NCBI GenBank assembly: GCA_965243135.1
Contig: OZ251539.1
Coordinates: 1,952,001 to 2,016,000, forward strand
DNA: 64,000 nt
Origin: Alphaproteobacteria bacterium
GTDB taxonomy: Bacteria > Pseudomonadota > Alphaproteobacteria > MPNO01 > UBA830
Direction of reading: 5' to 3'
In this document: in pieces, positions 55,945-64,000 of the stretch
Numbering within the stretch: position 1 is the first letter of the stretch
How the letters are laid out: each line of letters starts with the position of its first letter
The notes under the pieces: generated by a model
Database searches by the model: none
What the model was told of the DNA's origin: nothing
Seen by the model: the letters and a program-made list of their open reading frames with translations, nothing else
Made by a program: the position numbers and the translations under genes

Positions 55945-56813
55945 GCGGCAGCCCCCGCCGCTACTGCGGGCGCGACTTCTCCGAGGACGAGGTCGACATG
56001 ATCCGCGGCCTGATCGCGAGGGGCGGCCTCCACCGCCGGGCGCTGTCGCGGGAGGTCTGCCGCCGCCTCGACTGGCGCAAGCCCGACGGCGGCCTAAAGG
56101 ATATGAGCGCGCGCGTCGCCATGTTGCGCATGCATCGCGACGGCGTGATCGTCTTGCCGCCGCCAAGGCGCGCGCCGGTCGTCCGCCGTCCGCTCGTGCC
56201 CGGTCCCGCGACCGACAGGCCCCCGTTCCCGACCCCCGAGCGTCTCGCCGATATCCAACCCGTCGCCGTTGAGCCCGTCCGGAACGCGGGCGAAGGCCGC
56301 CTCTGGAACGAGTTCGTCGCTCGCTACCACTATCTCGGCTATTCGACGCTGCCCGGCGCGCAGATGCGATACTTCGTTCGGGCCGCCGGAGGCGAACCCC
56401 TCGCCGTCCTCGGCTTCGGCGCCGCGGCCTGGAAGATCGCGCCGCGGGACAAGCTTGTCGGGTGGGATCCCGAGACCCGCCGCCGCAACCTGCCTCTCGT
56501 GGTCAACAATGCAAGGTTCCTGATCTTGCCGTGGGTCCGGATCAAAAACCTCGCGTCCTGCATCCTTGCCATGGTTGAATGTCGCCTGCCCGACGATTGG
56601 GAAGGCCGCTACGCGTTGCGCCCGGCCCTGATGGAGACCTTCTGCGAGAGCACGCGCTTCGAAGGAACCTGCTACCGGGCCGCCAACTGGACCAAGGTCG
56701 GCAAAACGCAGGGCCGCGGCAAGCTCGATACCCGGAAAGAACGCGCTCTCCCGGTCAAGGACATCTGGCTGAAACCCCTGCGCCGGGACTGGAGGCGGCT
56801 CCTCAATGAATAG
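55941..56813 (+). CDS. DUF4338 (DruA-like) domain protein
   Basis: WNEFVARYHYLGY..GAQMRY..VVNNARFLI..NLASCIL..ETF..GTCYRAANW..GKTQGRG; GTGA overlap with the transposase stop. Confidence 0.82.
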   Translation: MSGSPRRYCGRDFSEDEVDMIRGLIARGGLHRRALSREVCRRLDWRKPDGGLKDMSARVAMLRMHRDGVIVLPPPRRAPVVRRPLVPGPATDRPPFPTPERLADIQPVAVEPVRNAGEGRLWNEFVARYHYLGYSTLPGAQMRYFVRAAGGEPLAVLGFGAAAWKIAPRDKLVGWDPETRRRNLPLVVNNARFLILPWVRIKNLASCILAMVECRLPDDWEGRYALRPALMETFCESTRFEGTCYRAANWTKVGKTQGRGKLDTRKERALPVKDIWLKPLRRDWRRLLNE

Positions 56814-57639
56814 GCCATCACCCCACGACCGAACGCTTACCCGTATTCAGCACGAACAACTTGCCGTCGCGCTCGGGATTTTCGCTGGCGAACCACAAGG
56901 CGACAAGAGCGCTCCATGTGAAATCAAGCAATCCGGTCGCAGCGCCGAAATGCTGGAGCTTCGCAAGCAGCTGAAGCGGGGTCGCTTCCTTGCCATGTTC
57001 CACTCCGAAACCGTCCCGCCGTGCCCGCCCGATGATGTCACGGTGGTAATCGATGCAATCCTTCGCCGAAACCTGTCTGTCGCTGCGCTTCAGACGGCGG
57101 ACGGCGGACGACTCCAGATCCCAGCCGGAATCCGCCTGACCTCTGAAAGCGTATGACCCCGGACTGGACGTGTTGTCCAAAATTTCGTTCAGATAGCTAT
57201 CGAGCATCGGTTGACCCCGGAACATGCGCCCGAACACGTGAAGTGGTTGGCTTCCTCCGGCTCCTGTGTGCGTTCCGATGATTGCCGGTTCGAGAAGGGC
57301 AGAGGCCGGGAACTGGACAGGCTGACGTACGCCTCGCGCAGTGCCTGCCGCCTGTCGGGTTCACGCAGACGCCGCTGCCGGTCGCCGGAAACCCGCGACT
57401 GTAAATGCGCGATCCGCTCGGCCGGGCATGACAGTTTGTGAGAGCTTCGGGATTCATGGCGCCGCGGACGCAATGGTTGATGTTGGCGGCCATCCGTGAG
57501 TTCGCCATTTCGTCGTCTCTCTCTTCCGCCGTTTGATGACTTCATCCAGCGGAACCTTCGGGAAGCCATTGACCGGCCGCATGCTCTTGGCAGGCGGACA
57601 TGCTTTCCGTTTCCCGCCGCTCGGCGCAATGCATTGTCA

Positions 57640-57875
57640 TTCGCCGCCCAGGAAGTCCACAGCTTTCGTCGCGAAGCTTGCCCCGTTCCTGACCTCGCAT
57701 TCCCAAATTACGAGAACATCCCATTTCGCGCAACTGCGCCTGGTGTTCGGCGTCTCGAACGGTGTTCCTCTCCAGTTTCGGCAGCCAGTAATCCCGGTTC
57801 GACCCGGGCTGCCGGGAGATCCTGCAACCGGGGTGCTGACGCCGGAAACGGCCGTGCACGAAGATTGCCTTCCTC
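57640..57875 (-). pseudogene. vsr: Very-short-patch repair endonuclease fragment
   Basis: AIFVHG..RQHPGC..PGSNRDYWLPKLERN..RD..VIWECE. Confidence 0.7.
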
Positions 57876-58229
57876 CAGAAATTCCCGCTAAGGTGGCCGC
57901 CCTTTGCGAAAGGCGCGTCGAGATAGCGTCGTTACCGAGGGACCAGCCGCCGCGACGCACCTTCCCCGCTTCGGCTTGGCGCCGACTTAGCCTTGACCAT
58001 CCTGTTTCCCCTGAAAAACTTGCTTTGGCACATTCGGTCACGGTGCCAGGTCAGGAGGTGTCGTAGGGAATTCCCGCTGCTTTCCGGTATCCAAACGCGA
58101 TCATAGAGCGTTTCCCAGTCCTTCAGGAAGTACTCGAGAAACAATCCCCGCACCTTTTCCCAGAAGTAAATGGACCGCTTGGCCTTCGTTTTCGCCTGTT
58201 GGAACAGTTTGCAACATCGCTGTTGAATC
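57876..58229 (-). mobile_element. Truncated relative of the 17127-18763 IS (3' end only)
   Basis: Same TIR CAGAAATTCCCGCTAA; YFWEKVRGLF..WETLY. Confidence 0.8.
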
Positions 58230-58905
58230 GTAAGCGTTCGGTCGAGGGGTGATGGCCTATTTGTTGAGGAGCCGCCTCCAGTCCCGGCACAGGGGCTTCA
58301 GCATCCTTGACCGGGAGAGCGCGTTCGTTCCGCACGTCGAGCTTGCCGCGCCCTTGAGTGCGGCCAGCCCTAGTCCAGTTGGCGGCCTGGTAGCAGGTTC
58401 CTTCGAAGCGCATGCTCTCGCAAAAGGTCTCCGCCGGGCGTAACGCATAGCGGCCTTCCCAATCGTCGGGCAGGCGACACCAAGGCAAGGGGATGCGAGG
58501 TTTTTGATTCGGACCCACGGCAGGGCCCTTGCATTGTTGACCACGAGAGGCAGGTTGCGGCGGCGGGTCTCGGGATCCCACGAGCTTGTCCCGCGGCGCG
58601 GTCTTCCAGGCTGCGGCGCCGAAGCCGAGGACAGCGAGGGGTTCGCCGCCAGCGGCCCGGACGAAGTGCTGTGCGCCGGGCAGCGTCGAGTAGCCAAGAT
58701 AGTGGTAGCGGGCGACGAACTCGTTCCAGAGGCGGCCTTCGCCTGCGTTCCGGACAGGTTCCACTGCGACGGGTTGGACATCGGCAAGGCGCTCGGGGAC
58801 CGGGAGCAGGGGCCGGTCGGTCGCGGGACCGGGCACGAGCGGACAGCGGACGACCGGCGCACGCCTTGGCGGCGGCAGGACGGCCGTCGCGGTGCATGCG
58901 CAACA
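58230..58905 (-). mobile_element. Third IS66-DUF4338 copy, right-end fragment
   Basis: GTAAGCGTTCGGTCG end and frameshifted DUF4338. Confidence 0.85.
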
Positions 58906-59565
58906 TGCGTGACGGCTGACCGACCGTTTGCATGTTGCGGAGAGGTCAGGCGGGTGAGTGCAAAACCGGAGGCCGACGCCTGCCGTCACCGTTTCCGGTT
59001 TCGCTTTCCCGAGCCGCTTCGGTTGATGGCTTCGAACGAGCCCATGGTTTTCGGCGGCGGAAGTCCGCTCGCTCGACCGGAGGACGCTCTCGTTCGACGG
59101 AACCGTTGCCTGGCGTTCCGGCGTTTCGCCGCTTGCGGCGCTTGTCGTCGCGCGCCTCCGGCGGCGAACCAACGCAGGGGCGGCGAGGCCCGCCGCGACG
59201 ATCGTCGTCGGAGGCGCGCGGCTTGGCGAGGGCGCTTGCCGTCGTGTTGCGCCGGCCCTGGTTTCCGCGGCGAGGGCGTCGACCTTGCCGTCGAGGCTCG
59301 CGAAGCCGGCGTCGTTGTCGATACGCGTCGCCTTTGGCGACGGCGCCTTCCGTCGGCGTTCGCTTCCGCCCGCGGCCTCCTGGCCGCGCGTCGAACGCGC
59401 TCGCCTCGGCGGGGCAGGATTTCCGCGGAGCGACAGGTTCGCTCGCCTCCGCGCTTTTCCCCGCCGTGCCGCCGCGGAAACTGCCGGCTGCTTCTCGCGC
59501 GACGCAGACAGGCCTGCCGCCGCCGACTTCTTGACGGCTCCGGCATGGCGGCCTACCCTCTTCGA

Positions 59566-61101
59566 ATGACGAAACGCATGCTTCCGATCGGCTTTTCCTC
59601 CCTCCGGGAGATCCGGGGGATGAACTGCTACTACGTCGACAAGACGGACCATGTGCGCCGCCTCGTCGAAGGGGGCAAGTACTATTTCCTGTCGCGTCCG
59701 CGCCGGTTCGGCAAGACCCTCCTGGTGGACACGCTGCAGAAGCTGTTCGAGGGAAGCGAGGAACTGTTCCGGGGCCTCGCCGTGCACGACAAGTGGGACT
59801 GGTCGGCGCGCCATCCGGTCGTGCGGATCAGCTTCGGCGGGGGCAATTTCGACTCCCCGGACCTCGTTCGGGAAAACGTGGAAGACCAGTTGGAGGAAAC
59901 TGAGCGGCTGGCCGGCCTCGAACCGGGTCCCGCCGGGGCGGCGGTCCGTTTCCGGCGCCTGATAAGGGCGCTGCACGAGCGCGCCGGGCAGCGGGCGGTC
60001 GTTCTGGTGGACGAATACGACAAGCCGATCCTGGACGCGCTCGGCGACCGGGAACTGGCGCTGGCCAACCGCGGCTTCCTGCGCGGCTTCTACGCGATGA
60101 TCAAGGAGTGCGACGAGCAGCTCCGTTTCGTTTTCCTGACGGGGGTGAGCAAGTTCTCGAAGTCGGGTCTGTTCTCGGGCCTGAACAACCTGAACGACAT
60201 CACGCTGGACGAGCGTTACGGCACTATCTGCGGCTGCACGGACGCGGAACTGGACGCGGTCTTCGCCCCGGAACTCGAGGGCCTGGACCGGGACGAAATC
60301 CGCCGCTGGTACAACGGCTACAACTGGCTCGGACCGGAGAGGGTCTACAACCCGTTCGGCCTCCTGCTGCTGTTCGACAAACGCAAGCTCGGCAACTACT
60401 GGTTCGAGAGCGGCACGCCGACCTTCCTGATCGAGACGCTGGCGCGCCGCAACCTGCCCACTCCCCGCCTGGACGGCATGATCGGCAGCGAGAGCCTGCT
60501 CTCGACCTTCGACGTGGACAGGATGTCGGTCCAGGCGCTTCTGTTCCAGACCGGCTACCTCACCATCGCCGGCGAGGAGGACGGGCGCTACCGGCTGGAC
60601 TACCCGAACCTCGAGGTGCGCCAGAGCCTGGGCGAAGCCCTGCTGGAAGAACTGCTCCCGGCCGAGGCCCGCGAGGAGACGGAGAACCTGCGGCTGGGCG
60701 AATTGCTGGCGGCGAACGACTTCAAGCGCATCGAGACCCTGTTCCGCGGCATTTTCGCCGCCATCCCGCACCAGTGGTACATGAACAGCCCCGTCGCGAA
60801 GTACGAGGCCCACTACGCGAGCGTCATCCACAGCTGCTTCCTGATGGAGGGCCTCGAACCGGTCGCCGAGGACAGCGGCAGCCGGGGGCGCGCCGACATG
60901 GCGATCCGCTCCGGCGGGCGCGTCTACCTGTTCGAGTTCAAGGTGGTGGAGCGCGGGCGGGAGGGGACCGCGCTCGCGCAGCTGCGGGAGAAGGGCTACG
61001 CGGACAAGTACCGCCGTCTCGGGCGTTCGGTCCACCTGATCGGGGTGGAGTTCAGCCGCGAGGAGCGCAACGTCGTCGGCTTCGACTGCGAGGCCGCCTG
61101 A
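59566..61101 (+). CDS. AAA-ATPase-like / PD-(D/E)XK nuclease protein, copy F
   Basis: ATG follows TTGACG-17-TACCCT; full motifs. Confidence 0.9.
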   Translation: MTKRMLPIGFSSLREIRGMNCYYVDKTDHVRRLVEGGKYYFLSRPRRFGKTLLVDTLQKLFEGSEELFRGLAVHDKWDWSARHPVVRISFGGGNFDSPDLVRENVEDQLEETERLAGLEPGPAGAAVRFRRLIRALHERAGQRAVVLVDEYDKPILDALGDRELALANRGFLRGFYAMIKECDEQLRFVFLTGVSKFSKSGLFSGLNNLNDITLDERYGTICGCTDAELDAVFAPELEGLDRDEIRRWYNGYNWLGPERVYNPFGLLLLFDKRKLGNYWFESGTPTFLIETLARRNLPTPRLDGMIGSESLLSTFDVDRMSVQALLFQTGYLTIAGEEDGRYRLDYPNLEVRQSLGEALLEELLPAEAREETENLRLGELLAANDFKRIETLFRGIFAAIPHQWYMNSPVAKYEAHYASVIHSCFLMEGLEPVAEDSGSRGRADMAIRSGGRVYLFEFKVVERGREGTALAQLREKGYADKYRRLGRSVHLIGVEFSREERNVVGFDCEAA

Positions 61102-61174
61102 ACGGCTTCCCGTCAGCCGCCTCCGCGAAAGAACGCCGCCCGCAGCGCGGGACAGGCCTGCCGCCGCCGACTTC

Positions 61175-61209
61175 TTGACGGCTCCGGCGCGGCGGCCTAC
61201 CCTCTTCGA
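61175..61209 (+). promoter_or_regulatory. sigma70-like leaderless promoter
   Basis: TTGACG-17 bp-TACCCT-CTTCGA-ATG; no Shine-Dalgarno. Confidence 0.65.
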
Positions 61210-62742
61210 ATGACCAAACGCATGCTGCCGATCGGCTTGACCTCCCTCCAGAAAATCCGGGGGGAGATGGACTGCTACTACGTCGACAAGACGGACCATG
61301 TCCGCCGCCTTGTCGAGGGTGGTCAATATTATTTTCTGTCGCGTCCGCGCCGGTTCGGCAAGACCCTGCTGGTGGACACGCTGCAGAAGCTGTTCGAGGG
61401 AAGCGAGGAACTGTTCCGGGGCCTCGCCGTGCACGGCAAGTGGGACTGGTCAACGCGCCATCCTGTCGTGCGGATCAGCTTCGGCGGGGGCGATTTCGGC
61501 GACCCGGACGGAGTTCGGGAAGAAACGGAATCGCAACTGAAGGCGGCGGAGAGGCTAGCCGGCATCGAGCCGGGCAGCGCCAGAGTTTCGGTCCGCTTCC
61601 GGGAACTGATCGCTGCCCTGCACGAACGCACCGGGCAGCGGACAGTGGTTCTGGTGGACGAATACGACAAGCCGATCCTGGACGCGCTCGGCGACCGGGA
61701 GCTGGCGCGGGCCAACCGCGACTTCCTGCGCAGCCTGTACGGGGTTATCAAGGACTGCGACGAGCATCTCCGTTTCGTTTTCCTGACGGGAGTGAGCAAG
61801 TTGTCGGGTCTGTTCTCGGGCCTGAACAACCTGCGCGACATCACGCTGGCTCCGGAGTTCTCGGACATCTGCGGCTGCACGGACGCGGAACTGGACGCGG
61901 TCTTCGCCCCGGAACTGGAGGGCCTGGACCGGGACGAAATCCGCCGCTGGTACAACGGCTACAACTGGTGCGGGCCGGAGAAGCTCTACAATCCGTTCGG
62001 CCTCCTGCTGCTGTTCGCCGAGCGCAGGTTCAGCAACTACTGGTTCGAGAGCGGTACGCCGACCTTCCTGATCGAGACGCTGGCGCGCCGCAACCTGCCC
62101 ACTCCCCGCCTGGACGGCATGATCGGCAGCGAGAGCCTGCTCTCGACCTTCGACGTGGACAGGATGTCGGTCCAGGCGCTTCTGTTCCAGACCGGCTACC
62201 TCACCATCGCCGGCGAGGAGGACGGGCGCTACCGGCTGGGCTACCCGAACCTCGAGGTGCGCCAGAGCCTGGGCGAGGCCCTGCTGGAAGAACTGCTCCC
62301 GGACGAGGCCCGCGAGGAGACGGAGAACCTGCGGCTGGGCGAATTGCTGGAGGCGAACGATTTCAAGCGTCTCGAAACCCTGTTCCGCGGCATTTTCGCC
62401 GCCATCCCGCACCAGTGGTACATGAACAGCCCCGTCGCGAAGTACGAGGCCCACTACGCGAGCGTCATCCACAGCTGCTTCCTGATGGAGGGCCTCGAGC
62501 CGGTGGCCGAGGACAGCGGCAGCCGGGGGCGCGCCGACATGGCGATCCGCTCCGGCGGGCGCGTCTACCTGTTCGAGTTCAAGGTGGTGGAGCGCGGGCG
62601 GGAGGGGACCGCGCTCGCGCAACTGCGGGACAAGGGCTACGCGGACAAGTACCGCCGTCTCGGGCGTTCGGTCCACCTGATCGGGGTGGAGTTCAGCCGC
62701 GAAGAGCGCAACGTCGTCGGGTTCGACTGCGAGGCCGCCTGA
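61210..62742 (+). CDS. AAA-ATPase-like / PD-(D/E)XK nuclease protein, copy G
   Basis: 510-aa ORF, tandem with F. Confidence 0.9.
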   Translation: MTKRMLPIGLTSLQKIRGEMDCYYVDKTDHVRRLVEGGQYYFLSRPRRFGKTLLVDTLQKLFEGSEELFRGLAVHGKWDWSTRHPVVRISFGGGDFGDPDGVREETESQLKAAERLAGIEPGSARVSVRFRELIAALHERTGQRTVVLVDEYDKPILDALGDRELARANRDFLRSLYGVIKDCDEHLRFVFLTGVSKLSGLFSGLNNLRDITLAPEFSDICGCTDAELDAVFAPELEGLDRDEIRRWYNGYNWCGPEKLYNPFGLLLLFAERRFSNYWFESGTPTFLIETLARRNLPTPRLDGMIGSESLLSTFDVDRMSVQALLFQTGYLTIAGEEDGRYRLGYPNLEVRQSLGEALLEELLPDEAREETENLRLGELLEANDFKRLETLFRGIFAAIPHQWYMNSPVAKYEAHYASVIHSCFLMEGLEPVAEDSGSRGRADMAIRSGGRVYLFEFKVVERGREGTALAQLRDKGYADKYRRLGRSVHLIGVEFSREERNVVGFDCEAA

Positions 62743-62840
62743 ACGGCTTCCCGTCAGCCGCCTCCGCGAAAGAACGCCGCCCGCAGCGCGGGACAGGCCT
62801 GCCGCCGCCGACTTCTTGACGGGCGCGGCGGCCTACCCTC

Positions 62841-64000
62841 TGACGAAATGCATGCTCGGCTTGACCTCCCTCCGGAAAATCCGGACGAGGGACTGCTACT
62901 ACGTCGACAAGACGGACCATGTGCGCCGCCTCGTCGAAGAGGGCGATTACTATTTCCTGTCGCGTCCGCGCCGGTTCGGCAAGACCCTTCTGGTGGACAC
63001 GCTGCAGGAGCTGTTCGAGGGAAGCGAGGAGCTGTTCCGGGGCCTCGCCGTGCACGGCAGGTGGGACTGGTCGACGCGCCGCCCGGTCGTGCGGATCAGC
63101 TTCGGCGGGGGCAATTTCGACACTCCGGACTTCGTTCGGAAAGATGTGGAGGACCAGCTGGAGGAGACGGAGCGGCTGGCGGGCCTCGAACCGGGGCCTG
63201 CCGAGGCGTCGATCCGTTTCCGGCGCCTGCGCTGCACGAGCGCCCCGGGCGGCGGGCGGTCGTTCTGGTGGACGAACAAGCCGGTCGCGCTCGGCGACCG
63301 GGAACTGGCGCTGGCCAACCGCGACTTCCTGCGCGGCTTCTACGCGATGATCAAGGACAGCGACAAGCATCTCCGTTTCGTTTTCCTGACGGGGGTGAGC
63401 AAGTTGGCTGGCCTGTTTTCGGGCCTGAACAACCTGCGTCACGCTGGCTCCGGAGTTCTCGGACATCTGCGGCTGCACGGACGCGGAACTGGACGCGGTC
63501 TTCGCCCCGGAACTCAAGGGCCTGGACCGGGACGAAATCCGCCGCTGGTACAACGGCTACAACTGGCGCGGGCCGGAGAAGCTCTACAATCCGTTCGGCC
63601 TCCTGCTGCTGTTCGCCGAGCGCAGGTTCGGCAACTACTGGTTCGAGAGCGGCACGCCGACCTTCCTGGTCGAGACGCTGGCGCGCCGCGACCTGCCCAC
63701 TCCCCGCCTGGACGGCATGACCGGCAGCGAGAGCCTGCTCTCGACCTTCGACGTGGACAGGGTCGAGGCGCTTCTGTTCCAGACCGGCTACCTCACCATC
63801 GCCGGCGAGGAGGACGGGCGCTACCGGCTGGGCTATCCGAACCTCGAGGTGCGCCGGAGCCTGGGCGAGGCCCTGCTGGAAGAACTGCTCCCGGCCGAGG
63901 CCCGCGAGGAGACGGAGAACCTGCGGCTGGGCGAACTGCTGGAGGCGAACGACTTCAAGCGTCTCGAAACCCTGTTCCGCGGCATTTTCGCCCCGCATTT
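62841..64000 (+). pseudogene. AAA-ATPase-like / PD-(D/E)XK protein, copy H, eroded
   Basis: Colinear with G but with multiple frameshifting deletions; promoter spacer shortened. Confidence 0.85.

Larger units (their letters stand above)
54047..56840 (+). mobile_element. IS66-family element with DUF4338 passenger, intact, 2794 bp
   Basis: TIR GTAAGCGTTCGGTCGTGGGGTG; 8-bp TSD CCGTATTC. Confidence 0.92.
52108..57237 (-). pseudogene. FRG-domain + ~14-15 TPR protein split by IS66
   Basis: YAFRGQAD..LQHFGAATGLLDFT..ALWFA; removing the IS and one TSD restores LNT|DDIG in frame; 34-aa AYxNRG..A..DYDEAIRL repeats. Confidence 0.85.

Noticed and set aside
55941-56813. Complete Druantia defence system
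   Set aside because: No DruE helicase or other Dru genes; the domain is inside IS ends
58123-61434. 1103-aa minus-strand ORF and similar antisense ORFs over AAA genes
   Set aside because: Antisense shadows; the opposite strand holds the Walker and nuclease motifs

Overview
GC-rich bacterial window, probably alphaproteobacterial (inferred from the ppiC-argJ-mutT order). A short housekeeping block (MFS transporter, mutT, argJ, PpiC-type PPIase; about 1.2-5.4 kb) is followed by two tandem ~1600-aa autotransporters and a decayed third copy. The remaining ~48 kb is a heavily nested mobile/defence region. It holds at least 8 mosaic paralogues of an AAA-ATPase-like + PD-(D/E)XK nuclease gene with a conserved leaderless promoter, an IS110 element with a family of non-autonomous derivatives, IS66/IS4/ISAs1 elements associated with DUF4338 (DruA-like) domains, an IS630, an IS1202-like element, an ISNCY/IS4-like element, a group II intron, an internally deleted RIT element, an IS66-split FRG+TPR gene, and M48 peptidase and Vsr remnants. 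Several insertions can be proved from filled versus empty sites inside the window. Many repeated copies carry dense micro-deletions that may be biological or assembly artefacts. Family names come from motif recognition, not database searches.
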